A stretch of DNA of 64,000 nt, taken from NCBI GenBank assembly GCA_965235115.1, contig OZ249445.1, forward strand, positions 806,001 through 870,000. Reading direction: 5' to 3'. Positions within the stretch are counted from its first letter, which is position 1, and every line of letters begins with the position of its first letter. Positions 24,320 to 48,300 of the stretch are shown here, one piece after another. Source of the stretch: Laetmonice hystrix. Its lineage: Eukaryota. The translations under genes and the position numbers were made by a program. Below the pieces are notes generated by a model, which was given only the letters and a program-made list of their open reading frames with translations, made no database searches and was not told where the DNA came from.

Positions 24320-25733
24320 CTGGCCCGGCCCACATCGAGGGCAACGATTGTTGAATTGAAGCGATGGTTATTTTGAGGGAGGGGAGATGGTATTGATTAT
24401 CATATATTAGTTATCTAAACTCCGTCCACATATGGCTCACCAGTAGCCTTTTAAATATAACTTCTGTGCCAAGGTTCCACACATCATAGCCACCAAACGT
24501 TTAACAGGTTTGTATTGTGCACTCGAGTGTAGAAATCACTGTGATAAAAAATCTGAGAGTAGAGTTGAAGTCAGACATAGCTGATGTCTGTTTTGTTATG
24601 CCATAGTTACACGATACATGTCCAGCTATAATAAGTCAGAGAAACTACGCCATCTTTCGGTCGTGTCCATTCCCTGTGCCTTATTCTTTCCAGGTTTTCA
24701 TGTAGGTCACCGTTGTCATTGGATGATTGACTTTCACACCTGGAATTATGGAATTTATCTTTCAGATTTTAAGCACATAAGATTAGCCCCCATTCAAGAT
24801 TCAGCATGTAACACTCTGTAGAACTTCACTCATAGTACAGTAAAAGTTTGACAGTAGTTCACAAAGCAAGGTCACGCTGCAATTCTCTGTCGTCTACGGG
24901 CACGTGGAGATCTGCCATACTGATCCACATGTTATAGTTTGGATTACATTTTGTTGTATAAAGATACAAAAGCAGCTGAAGTACTTGATAACCTACCAGT
25001 GGAAGCGGGCATGTTTTGCCCTCATACAACTGTCCGTTATAATATTATATCCTCACCTGACGTTTCACATTTACAGTAATTTTACTAAATCTAACCCAAG
25101 TTGTGACAATGTTATTGTTTGTTTCTCTACTAATAAAATTTCAGTTTTTCATGATTCATGTTTTATTTTATCACTTTACATATCCCTAAATGAGCCACAA
25201 TCATCACACGTAAATGAAGTAACAAAACATTATTTTTAGGTTTAGTTGACCTTACACTGTCTTTATTAAACAATGCGCCATTTAGGGTGTAAATCTATTG
25301 ATGAAAAGTCTCCCTGTATTGCGTACAGATGGCATCCATTACACAGACATGATGTCAGTATCAGTGGAGGATGTATTATACAGTTTATACATGATGCTCA
25401 GTTTACTTGGAATCCCTGCCTGAGACCATGGTTACATACAGTCTAAAGTAACGGTCAATTGGTATCCGGGATGGCCTCTTGTAGATCTTCCTATACGATA
25501 ACTTTAGCCAGCCGTAGCTGCTGCTGTCCACGATTCACAGTCAGACCTGCTCGCGACCACTGACTCCAGTCAGTCCGTTTACAACTGGCGCTGGCCCACT
25601 GTCCTCCACAGTTCTACCACACACGGTGGCCGCAGGGAGCCATGCCCTATCAGGTCGAGCCACAGGTGGGTGAGAGCGACAGCGAGGTTACACGGTGACC
25701 CTCTCCCTGGCTACCCTCCTCGTCTCTCGCTCA

Positions 25734-34361
<8,628 letters not shown>

Positions 34362-35288
34362 GTTTACTGTTTGCCGGCTTCTGAAACGAGGCTGGGAAGC
34401 GTGACACAGTCGGTCGATGTAAATATCACCGTGTCATCAGAGCCTAAACACGGGACAGACTTGTCATAGATCACTGAGCAGAACGTTGTGCGGCATATCC
34501 CGCCGAATGATGAACTAGAAAATAGTTCTTAAATGTTCCAATAATATCCGAGTATGCTTGTCAAATTTAGGTATAACAATAATTTTAGATTGATATAACT
34601 AATCTAAAACTTAAATGACAGATTTACTTATGTCGGACGTTGATGGAGAGAATGCTGGAACTATCTAGGTCAAAGCGGGGTCATGGGTGAAAAGTAGTCC
34701 TGCGAGCACATTTCTGGCGGCGTTGTCGGAGAGCATGGAGCGACCACAGAGACCCCTATGAACAGACTTGAGAACTAGCCGAGAACACAGGCGTTTCCTT
34801 TTCCGCTTTCGGTGCACTTGGCGTCACAGGCAACGGTAGAGACCAAAAATATTCTGCCTGGAGTTTGCAGCACGAGGATCACTTCGAATTTTGATCTTTC
34901 AAAGTAGAACCACAGATCTGTGGTAGAACTGAAGCCTTGCCAGTACTGGTACTGCAGCTTGACTACACTCCAATCTCCAATTTAGTTTAGATCTAACGTG
35001 TTAGACTATATCTAATTTTAAAAGACAGATTCAAAATGCTTTGTAGTAGTACTAGTAGTAACGCGTTATATTTACTAGCTGATCTATTTCTACTTTACTT
35101 AGCAAATTGCCAAAGGTAATGTTGGGAATGTTCCCGATCCAATCACATTATTTGGCTGACGGATTTGGGAGGGGGGGGGGGGGGGGCGCACCTCTCCAAA
35201 CGCCGAGGAGGCGCGCGTGGCAGTTTTTCTCACGTTTCTGACACCGCGTGCTCTGTGGCCGTCGGTCGCTAGGCAGGTCACGTGTATG

Positions 35289-35374
35289 TGACGTCAGACG
35301 TGGCATGTAAACAAGAGTGAAAGATTCTCGCCAGGCTCAGGGATACAGTGCCTGTCAGTGGTTCCTAGGACAAC
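35289..35374 (+). promoter_or_regulatory. Candidate KIF17 promoter within the PSMD2/KIF17 divergent interval (CRE, forkhead, X-box-like)
   Basis: TGACGTCA (35289-35296), GTAAACAA (35307-35314) and GTTCCTAGGACAAC (35361-35374); candidate non-coding exon donor aag|gtaggc near 35610. Confidence 0.5.
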
Positions 35375-36367
35375 GCAGGTGTTCGGCTTTAGACATCTAC
35401 CCTTACTGTCGACAAAACGGGAGATAACTGACTTAGGCCTATCTGGCTGAGTGTGGCGCGGAATTTATTGAGCTGTTAACCTGTTTGCTGTTGCATTTCA
35501 GATAGCTAGAGTAGAGAGCCTCAACACAAGTCAACTCAGGCCAAGCAGTCAAGCCCAGCCCCAGGCCAAGGACTGGTCTGGAGTAACTAACTCACAGCGC
35601 TCACAGTAAGGTAGGCCTACCTAATAAATTAGCTAGACTAGACTCTATAGGCACTAGGCTAGCCTACCCAACCTAGCCCTAGGCCTAGATCTCTCTAGAT
35701 CTAGCTTGAATGGCTGAAGATAAGTCTGTCCAAGATCGGCTGCAGGGCAGACATTCCTCAAACTCTACACTAACCTCAGTACTATTAAACCCTGACCCTA
35801 CCTCTAAGTCTAACCGCTATCTAAATCCGAAAGAAAATAATACCCCTAATCCATAAACGAGTTCAATACAGGCAAATTAATGGTAGAAAAAGATAAATCC
35901 CTAGCAGTGTTCAAACTCGTGTCCCATTGTTTCAAGCCTGAGGAATGTCTGCCTTGTGCAAAAATTGTCTGCCCAAGTAGGGCTAAGTACACTGAATAGC
36001 GTAAATAGGTGTGCCATTATCATGATTTTTTATGGTAGGCCGTACCGTATTGTAGTTGTACTTCAAGTTGAACTTGAAGTCATGAAAGACCTCCTGACAG
36101 CCTTCACCTCCTCCTACCCTCCTCTCCCTCCTCCACCTCAAACCCATTGTTTGCCTTCTTTGAAAGTGGGCTGGTGCCTCCTGATGCGTTAACCCTGTGC
36201 CTCCCCCTGGCTTGGGTCATTGGTCGACAAAGTGGGCAAGTGCCACAGATGTTTTTGTTGACCAATCAAAGACTTGGTTGCCTCGGATGAGTGGGCAAAT
36301 GTCCATTTGTAGTACCAGTTGCATTATTTATAATGACAGGGCTAACTTGTATTTCTTTTTTCCTCAG

Positions 36368-39300
36368 ATGGCATCAGGAGAGTCTGTTAAAGTTATTGTG
36401 CGATGTCGTCCCATGAACACCAGGGAGCGAGATCTTCGCTGCAAGGATGTTGTCCAGATGGATGGCAGCAGAGGCCAGTGTTCCATACGAAACCCCAATG
36501 ACTCCAAAGCACCCCCCAAAACATTCACTTTTGATGGAGCCTACTTTGTGGACTCCACCACAGAACAGATCTATGCTGATATTGGATTTCCACTGGTTGA
36601 GGTATGTTCCTAATTATACTAACTTATAAATAAAGGACTTTACACAATGGAATTTTTTAGTTTGTGCATTCTTTTTGTATGCTACATGTAACTGTCATTT
36701 TCACAAGTTATAGTAAACTGTATTTGTGAAAGGTCAGAGTAATTTTATCCTTATTTTAATTTCTACTAAATGTTACATGGTTTTCAAGGCCAGATATTGC
36801 CCTTCCATACATGCAGCTGTAACTGACTGTGATTTCTAGGGTGTGATAGAAGGCTACAATGGCACAATATTTGCATACGGACAAACTGGCTGTGGCAAGT
36901 CCTTCTCCATGCAGGGCATCACTGATCCTTCAACACAAAAAGGCATTATCCCAAGGTTAGTTAAACCTGCAATTAACGAGCCTACAACCAGGCTTTAAAT
37001 TTTAATGATAATAATTGGTTTGTTTTAGTTATTATTGTGAGCACTGTAGGTCATAGAAGGTGGAATTCTGTTATTGTGAGCACTGTAGGTCATAGAAGGT
37101 GGAATTCTGTTATTGTGAGCACTGTAGGTCATAGAAGGTAGAATTCTGTTATTGTGAGCACTGTAGGTCATAGAAGGTGGAATTCTGTTATTGTGAGCAC
37201 TGTAGGTCATAGAAGGTGGAATTCTGTTATTGTGAGCACTGTAGGTCATAGAAGGTGGAATTCTGTTATTGTGAGCACTGTAGGTCATAGAAGGTCGAAT
37301 TCTGTTATTGTGAGCACTGTAGGTCATAGAAAGTGGAATTCTGTTATTGTGAGCACTGTAGGTCATAGAAGGTAGAATTCTGTTATTGTGAGCACTGTAG
37401 GTCATAGAAGGTGGAATTCTGTTATTGTGAGCACTGTAGGTCATAGAAGGTAGAATTCTGTTATTGTGAGCACTGTAGGTCATAGAAGGTAGAATTCTGT
37501 TATTGTGAGCACTGTAGGTCATAGAAGGTGGAATTCTGTTATTGTGAGCACTGTAGGTCATAGAAGGTAGAATTCTGTTATTGTGAGCACTGTAGGTCAT
37601 AGAAGGTAGAATTCTGTTATTGTGAGCACTGTAGGTCATAGAAGGTGGAATTCTGTTATTGTGAATGCAAGATCTTATTGAAAGTGTATTGTCCAAAAGC
37701 CTGAGTACTTAGCAATGAAATTTAATGCATGTTTACTGTTACTGTGTTTCACATTGTTGCCTGACAACATAGCAACATGTAGATATTGATTGGACTTGTG
37801 CAAATGTTTCTAACCACTAGAAAAAAATCTGGGTATAACACAGAGCTGTCGCCTGGCAGTCTTTCTAATGCAGAAGTCATCAGATTTAAAAATTCATATT
37901 TGAATAATATTTCTCTGAACTATTTAGAGTTTGACAATCTAGACTTCGTCTGATACTCCGATGGTATGACTGCTATAGAAACCCCACCTCACCCAAGTTG
38001 AGGAAGGAAAAATCTATGAGGCACTAAACTGTGAATCAATACACCATGAATAAACCAGCCAGGTGGAGGTAGTGTAAATATTGTGGGAGCCACAGTTATC
38101 ATTGAGGGATTATCCAATCATTGTGACATGATGGAAGGTCAGCCTCACAGCGATGGGTGACACGGTAGTTAGTCCCGGATTCATGAAGAAATTGTTTGTC
38201 CATCGCGGAGATGTGTTACACTGACATTTAGTGTGAGCATTGTGTGTTAGAATAACGCGTCCAGTATGCAGGTCGAAATATAGTTTTAAATTGATGTAAG
38301 ATGTGCAATGTTACTGTTAGTAAATAAGATCAAAAGGAAGGAGATGAATTCCTTTGGATTTTATATTCCAACCTTCAATAATTCAATTGAATTGTCCTTT
38401 TAAAGTGTCCTCAGTGCATGCTGTTACTGTTAGCTCACTTCTGACTAAGGACTTGGCCTCATTTTATATATTTATGGAGTCCCTCCCTACCACATTAATT
38501 TTTGATTTTTTTTAGACCATTTGTCACATCATGATTATTCATGAAAGAGGAGTACAGTACATGTATTGACGTTTTATGTCGTGAGCCATGTTTTAAAATT
38601 ACACCCTAGAACTAAACAGGAGTATTCTGACCTACAAAAAAAGGCATGCTGAAAGGAAGCATTTACATTGTATATAACATTATGTAGACTTGCTGGCTGG
38701 AGTGTGTCAGGGATGTATGAATGACACATACTGATACCTGACCAGTGTATACCAAACTCCCACTTGTTTTGTTAAGAAATCTATGTAAATTAAAGTCCAC
38801 ATCCCTCGCGCATAAAGTGTGCACATGTGGAAATAATAAAATAATATTTAGTCAAGTGTGGGGGCGTGTGTACACCACTACATGAAGAGACATGTATGTA
38901 ACAACCCATTACCTAATGAAGCAGTCAAAGTCCTTGCAGTGTGCCAGGACTTTTCAAATGAAATGGTATTAGATATTCTGTGACATGAATGTAAGTAATT
39001 TTCTCTCGATCTGTTTTCTGACAGAGCCTTTACACACATCTTTGATACAATCTCAGTGTTGGATAACGTTAGATGCCTGGTCCATGCATCATACTTGGAG
39101 ATTTACAATGAAGAGATCCGGGATTTACTTGGGAAGAATGTCAAAGATAAACTGGAGTTAAAGGAACACCCAGACAGGGGTGTATATGTCCAGAGTGAGT
39201 AGATGTTTGTGTATTCACCAGGAACTAATCTCTGATAACTGCAGATAGAGTAAATCAGAAATAAACTAGAACTGAGGAGAAATGGGTTTTAACTGTCAAC

Positions 39301-42300
39301 CATCAGGTAGTCGTGCATTGAGGCAGTAACTTTTTCTCTGACTTTTTCAGATCTTTCAATGCACTTGGCTAAAAGTGTACAGGACTGTGAGAAAATCATG
39401 TCTCTGGGTTGGAAGAACCGATCAACAGGATCGACCCTGATGAATGCTGACTCCTCGCGGAGTCATTCCATTTTCACCATTCACCTGGAGCGGGCCGAGA
39501 CTGATGACGCAGGAGAGGAGCACATCAGGGCGGCCAAGTTAAATTTAGTAGATCTGGCCGGGAGTGAGCGTCAAGCCAAGACAGGTCAGTCATTTATGTC
39601 ACTCGCGCAGAGTTCCTGGAGCTGCCAATGGTCCGAGACTGCTGCATGCTCATACCTACTTCCAGTTTCTCTACTTCTCTCTATATGTCTCCTTCTCTCT
39701 GCATCTTTCTCTCTCTAATCCTGACGGTCTCTATACTTTCTATAGAGAATGTTTACAGAGAAATATGTTTCAGATAAAGACGACCTTGTTACAGAATGAT
39801 GTGGAGATCATGAGGTTTACTGTGACATTGGCTTTATGTTTGAATATTTTAGGAGCCACTGGTGATCGTTTAAAAGAAGCCACAAAGATCAACTTGTCAC
39901 TGTCGGCCCTGGGTAATGTTATCTCAGCTTTGGTTGATGGCAAGTCAAAGCACATTCCATACAGAGACTCCAAACTTACACGACTTTTACAAGATTCACT
40001 GGGAGGGAACACCAAGACGTTAATGGTGGCGTGTTTATCACCAGCCGACAATAATTATGATGAAACCTTGAGCACTCTTAGATATGCCAACCGCGCCAAG
40101 AACATCAAGAACAAACCCAAGATTAATGAGGACCCAAAAGATGCACTGTTAAGAGAATATCAGGAAGAGATCGCCCGTCTCAAAGCCATGCTCAAGGGCG
40201 AGATTCCCATCGATGTCGAAGGTGAGTTTTTGTTGTCAGTAAACTCGGGACTGTGTCAGGGTTGAAGCTCAGTCCTCGGACAGGTTTGGTTATTGTGTTA
40301 GTTTACTGCTTACCTCATGTGTTCTGTTGTGAATAGAATGCTACAAGTTGCTGAGATAACTGTAAAGATAAATCATATTGCTGATAGATGAAATCATCGA
40401 CTGGTTAGAAGTTGAGCAAACACACTCTGGCTGTAGTATATATATAAAAGTTCTGCTTGTCTCATGTAGAGATGGCTCGCCACATGGGTATGTATCGCAT
40501 TCAGTATGTCTCTGTAAGGTTACAGACACTCATCACATATCTTAGGAACCTCTCATACACAATCTCTTTTCAATTCTCGATTTTTAGTATTGTAATAGTT
40601 TGTCCACATCCTCTTCTCCATTGTTGCCGCAGCCTTCTCAACATTACAAGTTCAGTCATGAATGGGGGAACAGGGAGATTTATTTTCTATTGGTCACCTA
40701 CTTCATGCAGCCCTTAGATCACTTCCATAAATTTCGGACAAAAAAAAATCTGCCTATATCTCCACAGTTTTCAAAGTATTTTTGAAAGCCTTTCAAAATC
40801 TTACAGTTTCTGTATTGGATCTTTGGTACAATCATTGATAAAGAAAATTGCTATTTGTTTTAGATTAATTAAGTGTGATTGATTAATTTAAATTTGATGT
40901 TAAATTTGTGATGGTTGAATGATGGTTTCAGTACTACCAGGACATCTCAATAAATTGTTGAAGAAACAGATAGGTACTTGACGACGTTTATCAGTATTCA
41001 AACAATGTCATGACACGGTGAAAACAAAGTACTAGAACTGTAGATTACACATATTGTCACTCCATTATCATGCCATATATCAGTGGTATATCAGTCATAA
41101 TACACTGTAACGACTAGGGTATAATACATACTATCACAGTTAATGTGGACATTATACAAGTATATTTTTAACAGAAAAAGTGGCAATCCCTTGGCACTGC
41201 GGCACAGATAATGATAATATTGTCTTACTGTGACAGGTCATCGTTTGTACCAGATCCACGCTCTCAGTTGGTTCCTCTGTTATATCCTTGGTAGACCTTA
41301 ACCTATTGTAACAAATAGTGCAGCCTAGACTGTGTAACATACTACTTCATAGACAAGTTTATATCGTGACCAAACTAGAGTATATCAAAGTGATACAACC
41401 GTGCTTGAACTGCTGATAGCAGGATGTTGAGGACATAGGCAGGGGGGGGGGGATAATCTCAAATATTCTGTGATCTCGAATGGAATAAATTTGAATTTCT
41501 CTAGTCATGGTAAAGAGTCATGTGTACAAAAGTTCAATGTTAGAAGTTCATTCAAAGTACTAGTAGAGTAGTTACCATTGAACGTTTGCATCACTGCTCT
41601 TTGGAAACAGAAAATGATAAAAAAAACCCACATGAGATGAGAGAGGGTAATCTGACAATCTCTGTATTGACCGTGAACTATAGGTTTGTGATTACAAACG
41701 TATTCTACATTCTTGACTTGATGCTGATCTTATAATAGAGCAGTAACAGTCAGCTATAGTAGCGTATATGTGTAGTCTGTAGTGAATCCATGATCTTTCT
41801 CATTTACTCATAATCAAATAAGAAATAGCCAAGAAATAGCTTGTAGATTTATAACAATAAGATGGATATATGTACAGTCGGCTAGGAATACAGGTTTCTT
41901 GATATTATCTTTCCAGGACGATCACTTTGTAATTATGTCTATAGATCCAAGAAAGACTCGTTTCTCCAATGCTCAGGATTGTCCAAAAGAACTTTTTCTA
42001 TATCTTTCACGCTGATGAAACACTTTGTAATTCTTCTTTTTGAAGTGGGGGAAGAAAGTATATTTGACCTGAAATATGATAATGCTTTGAAGAAGGTGAA
42101 AAATACAAGGATGAAAAAACGTGATCAAAGTGAGTTTGGGATACTTAAGTAAATGTATGATTTTATTTGTGCCGAGACTAAAGAACTGATTGTGCTGCAG
42201 GTGCGGCAGGCGGGATTGGAGTTCCTGGGAGTGGAGCCTCTCCACACGTCGTAGAAAAGGTTGTCCATGTGGCAGACGAACAGACGCTGGAGCTTGAAAA

Positions 42301-45300
42301 ACAAAGAATTGAGCAGGTAGGTGTAGGAATAGCTGGACTGAGTGGAGTGTATGTGATTAAATCCTCCCGATGGACTGAAGCTCGGGTGAGCACTGACTCG
42401 ACTAATGGTATTATTGTAAAAATAAATTATGAAATCGATCTGGCAGATGATCATATTTTAGATTGTCAAAATTTCTCTAGGAAATACTGAATCGTGGCTT
42501 AGGTTAATAACAAATGGAGACACCAGCATTTACGTTCTTTGCTCGACATTTTTGTGGCAGGAGTACACTGAGAAAGTTCAAAATCTGGAAGCTGAGGCTG
42601 AGAAGATGAGAATGTCGAACGAGAAGTTAGTGGAGGAGATGACAAAACTCCAGGAAAAATACCACCACCAGATAGAGTCAGTGGAGCAGGCGGCAGGCAT
42701 CCACTCCCCAGGACAACGTAAGATAGCATTGATGGAAACATTCCTTTCACTAGCTGGTAGCTACTGACACACGGAAACCCACCAACACTCTATATTCTTT
42801 TTAAAATGTTTTTGATACTTTTAATATTTGTTTACTTTTTTTCGTTTATATGTACTATTTGGCCATAATTTGTGTTGTTTCTAAGTGGTTGATGTTGTTC
42901 TTGAGTCTGAGATTTCCTTTGTTTTATTTGAATGTCTGGCATTATTTCCCCTGTATGTGACAGTGTATGATGCCGCTGGCGAGGAGGGTGATAGGTCTCC
43001 TATATTTGAGAGTAAGTAGAGAGTGAACTCCCCCCACACCTTCCTCAACCCTTACCTCTCTCTGTTTGCTTGAGATAATCTTGATATCTGACCTCCTTGG
43101 TATGTGGAATTAGAAATCACAGAGCAAGGATTGTTTTCTTGCCTTGTGGATACGTTATTCTCTCGATGAGGATTAGATCAGATGTTTTTGGACAAACTAA
43201 ATTTATCATTACAGGTGGCGGAGTTGGATCATCAGCCTTGGTAAGTAGATGACACTTTGACTATACAAACTGTTATTGTCATCAGGTGTGAGAAATGAAG
43301 ACTCATGTGTATGAGCCTCAGTCAGTGGTGACAGGGACTATGGCAGTGAGAAAGAGGGAGAGACTATAAAAGTTTAAATCTGGTAAAGATGCTATGAATA
43401 TGACATTGTCAGATGGGTGACTGTGTAAGATCGTCTCTGTGTATGTAGGGCCGTCTGGGCGGCGGGGGCGGAGCGGCTGGCATGGAGCCGCAGCGAGCCG
43501 TTCACATCACCACCGTCCGGGGAGAGAGTTCTACTGACAGCCAGGGAGGTGTTGCTAGCGGAGAGATACACCTTACGGCCAGCCAGCATGACGAGGCTGT
43601 ACAAAGGTAGGCAGCTACGACTACCCAGTAATAGTTTACTGGCAGTGTCCCGAGTTCAAGCCGTCGCCCTGACTCAACCTGTGGACTGATTCAGGCTCTG
43701 GCCCTCGCTCAGGGGTATTGCATACACAGAGTAAAGTACTATTTGCACGTGTGTACAGTACAGACTATTTCTATGTGTCATCATTGAATATTGTGTATGT
43801 TTATAGACTGTAGAATAATCTACCCAATGATTCATACAGTAATGAAGATTTTCCTCCAGTAGTAATTAATTGGTACTAGAAATAGTTGACAGTGTGTCCT
43901 CATTCATAAATTTTACTGCAGCGTGTTTTTTGCTTTTCAACGAATAACATTTTTTACCTTTTGTTATTTGAAAATGTAGGCTTTTTGTTAACATAAATGT
44001 AGATTTCTAGCTTTGAGCTTTTTCTTCTCATTATTTGGTCACTCAGCGCTTTACTTGGTGACCAGAAGGAGGCTTTATTCAGGTAACGGAGGTGACATAA
44101 ACTCATCACGTGATCACAAGTCATGTGACCTCTAATATCCAATCACAAGAGTGAGGATAAACAGCACTTGACTGCATGGATGATAGAATTTAATGCATGC
44201 ATTAAAAAAACTTGTCAGGTTGCGATTTTTGAAAGTGAAATTTGTAACTTTATGTTCTCCAAACCAGAGTTATCAATAGTACATAAATCTTTATGTTCTC
44301 CAAACCAGAGTTATCAATAGTACATAAATCTTTATGTTCTCCAAACCAGAGTTATCAATAGTACATAAATCTTGAAAATGCAGTACTTGAGAGAAGGAGT
44401 GAAAAAAAGGAAAAAATTGTGGCAATGAAACATCAGGTGTATACATACTTGTAGGCCCTATAGTTTGGTGTGCACGTTTCTAACCAATGATTTGACAACC
44501 TCCTGATAAATCTTAAAAGATTTCTTATTCTACAACTTCTTGATAGATTTGCCATTTTACTATTTAATCCTGCTGTGTAGTCAAGATGCAATAACCAGGT
44601 AATGTTTAACCTTTTTGTACTGACTCCTGAGAGATTCATCCCTCTGGTATATCTGTTCTTTTGGTATCTCCCCCGTGGTAACTCCCATGACATGAGCATG
44701 ACACATTGACTGCAAACACCACTCAGACTGTGTGCTATGTCATGTTGTAATCATGAGGGTTAGCCTCAGACCGGGGTAACTCCCATGTTGTAATCATGAG
44801 GGTTAGCCTCAGACCGGGGTAACTCCCATGTTGTAATCATGAGGGTTAGCCTCAGACCGGGGTAACTCCCATGAAATGAGCATGACACGTTGACTGCAAA
44901 CACCACTCAGACTGTGTGTGGTAGGTCATGTTGTAATCATGAGGGTTAGCCTCAGACCGGGGTAACTCCCACGACATGAGCATGACACGTTGACTGCAAA
45001 CACCACTCAGACTGTGTGCTATGTCATGTTGTAATCATGAGGGTTAGCCTCAGACCGGGGTAACTCCCATGTTGTAATCATGAGGGTTAGCCTCCGACCG
45101 GGGTAACTCCCATGAAATGAACATGACACGTTGACTGCAAACACCACTCAGACTGTGTGCTACGTCATGTTGTAATCATGAGGGTTAGCCTCAGACCTGG
45201 GTAACTACCATGACATGAGCATGACACGTTGACTGCAAACACCACTCAGACTGTGTGCTACGTTATGTTGTAATCATGAGGGTTAGCCTCAGACCGGGGT

Positions 45301-48300
45301 AACTCCCATGTTGTAATCATGAGGGTTAGCCTCAGACCTGGGTAACTACCATGACATGAGCATGACACGTTGACTGCAAACACCACTCAGACTGTGTGCT
45401 ACGTCATGTTGTAATCATGAGGGTTAGCCTCAGACCGGGGTAACTCCCATGAAATGAACATGACACGTTGACTGCAAACACCACTCAGACTGTGTGCTAC
45501 GTCATGTTGTAATCATGAGGGTTAGCCTCAGACCTGGGTAACTACCATGACATGAGCATGACACGTTGACTGCAAACACCACTCAGACTGTGTGCTACGT
45601 CATGTTGTAATCATGAGGGTTAGCCTCAGACTGGGGTAACTCCCATGTTGTAATCATGAGGGTTAGCCTCAGACCGGGGTAACTCCCATGACATGAGCAT
45701 GACACGTTGACTGCAAACACCACTCAGACTGTGTGCTATGTCATGTTGTAATCATGAGGGTTAGCCTCAGACCGGGGTAACTCCCATGTGGTAATCGTGA
45801 GGGTTAGCCTCAGACCGGGGTAACTCCCATGTTGTAATCATGAGGGTTAGCCTCAGACCGGGGTAACTCCCATGACATGAGCATGACACGTTGACTGCAA
45901 ACACCACTCAGACTGTGTGAGCACTACGTCATGTTGTAATCATGAGGGTTAGCCTCAGACTGGGGTAACTCCCATGAAATGAGCATGACACGTTGACTGC
46001 AAACACCACTCAGACTGTGTGCTATGTCATGTTGTAATCATGAGGGTTAGCCTCAGACCGTGGTAACTCCCATGAAATGAGCATGACACGTTGACTGCAA
46101 ACACCACTCAGACTGTGTGAGCACTACGTCATGTTGTAATCATGAGGGTTAGCCTCAGACTGGGGTAACTCCCATGTTGTAATCATGAGGGTTAGCCTCA
46201 GACCGGGGTAACTCCCATGACATGAGCATGACACGTTGACTGCAAACACCACTCAGACTGTGTGCTACGTCATGTTGTGCCTCAGACCGGGGTAACTACC
46301 ATGACATGAGCATGACACGTTGACTGCAAACACCACTCAGACTGTGTGCTACGTCATGTTGTGCCTCAGACCGGGGTAACTACCATGACATGAGCATGAC
46401 ACGTTGACTGCAAACACCACTCAGACTGTGTGCTAAGTCATGTTGTAATCATGAGGGTTAGCCTCAGACCGGGGTAACTCCCATGACATGAGCATGACAC
46501 ATTGACTGCAAACACCACTCAGACTGTGTGCTACGTCATTTTGTAATCATGAGGGTTAGCCTCAGACCGGGGTAACTCCCATGACATGAGCATGACACAT
46601 TGACTGCAAACACCACTCAGACTGTGTGAGCACTACGTCATGTTGTAATCATGAGGGTTAGCCTCAGACTGGGGTAACTCCCATGAAATGAGCATGACAC
46701 ATTGACTGCAAACACCACTCAGACTGTGTGCTATGTCATGTTGTAATCATGAGGGTTAGCCTCAGACTGGGGTAACTCCCATGAAATGAGCATGACACGT
46801 TGACTGCAAACACCACTCAGACTGTGTGCTATGTCATGTTGTAATCATGAGGGTTAGCCTCAGACCGTGGTAACTCCCGTGAAATGAGCATGACACGTTG
46901 ACTGCAAACACCACTCAGACTGTGTGCTATGTCATGTTGTAATCATGAGGGTTAGCCTCAGACCGTGGTAACTCCCGTGAAATGAGCATGACACGTTGAC
47001 TGCAAACACCACTCAGACTGTGTGCTATGTCATGTTGTAATCATGAGGGTTAGCCTCAGACCGTGGTAACTCCCGTGAAATGAGCATGACACGTTGACTG
47101 CAAACACCACTCAGACTGTGTGCTATGTCATGTTGTAATCATGAGGGTTAGCCTCAGACTGGGGTAACTCCCATGTTGTAATCATGAGGGTTAGCCTCAG
47201 ACTGGGGTAACTCCCATGAAATGAGCATGACACGTTGACTGCAAACACCACTCAGACTGTGTGCTATGTCATGTTGTAATCATGAGGGTTAGCCTCAGAC
47301 TGGGGTAACTCCCATGAAATGAGCATGACACGTTGACTGCAAACACCACTCAGACTGTGTGAGCTATGTCATGTTGTAATCATGAGGGTTAGCCTCAGAC
47401 CGGGGTGACTCCCATGACATGAGCATGACACGTTGACTGCAAACACCACTCAGACTGTGTGCTATGTCATGTTCTGTTGTAATCATGAGAGTTACCATGG
47501 GGCGGGATGTTCTCTCAGTCTGTCGGCTTCCATCGTCCTACCTGGACCAATAATCTAAGTTTACTAACACCTAGAAATTCCTACCTAGCTCAGGTTAACA
47601 TATCACAGTAAGTGAAGACACTGGAGAACGATGAGATCTCACTGGAGAGGTTGACGACCACCACCTTGATGACCTGCGATCAAACACATGCATGTCTCAG
47701 GACAAGACTATATCTCTCACATATCCTGGACCACATCCGGCCCGCAATGATCTGTGTGTGCATGAGTTCACTGTGTCAGCCTCTCCAAATTCTCGTCACA
47801 CACGATTTACCGACGTTAAAAGGGGGTCCACCCCCACCTCCACCCCCACCCAGAGGACACTGGCCTGGTGCATGGTGTGGCTAGACTTTAATCACTTGTT
47901 GTTTGGACATTTCAATGTCCCTTTCTTTATTCACACTGGATGCTATAATAATGTTGTCACACAGAGTGAATGGTTCAGGTACAGGTCTACATGTAGCCAG
48001 TCTACGGAGTGTAGGTCTACGGGATGATATTCTGCTAACACATACTATCCTATACTGTGTCTACCCAGCTTTGATACATAACGTAGCTTGTCTATACCTG
48101 TTCTGTAACTATGATCTCTTTTTTATTTTAAATATACTTATCTCAGTGTATTGTTTAAAGTAGTAGCGTTGGTGTGACGCTAACTATGTGTAGAATGTTG
48201 GTAGATTGTTATTTGGATTGGTGTGTAGTAGTGAACCCATGATGTGGTTTAGTTAGCACGGTCTACCCGTATGTCACCGTATTGTGACAGAGATTTGATG

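Noticed and set aside
43630-43700. tRNA or tRNA-derived SINE (gagttcaagcc B-box-like)
   Set aside because: A-box-like and B-box-like motifs are too close together and no cloverleaf can be drawn.
47612-48027. Overlapping 90- and 111-aa ORFs in a KIF17 intron as an extra exon
   Set aside because: No phase-compatible splice sites were found; exons 43606 and 49915 already join in frame; no recognisable homology.
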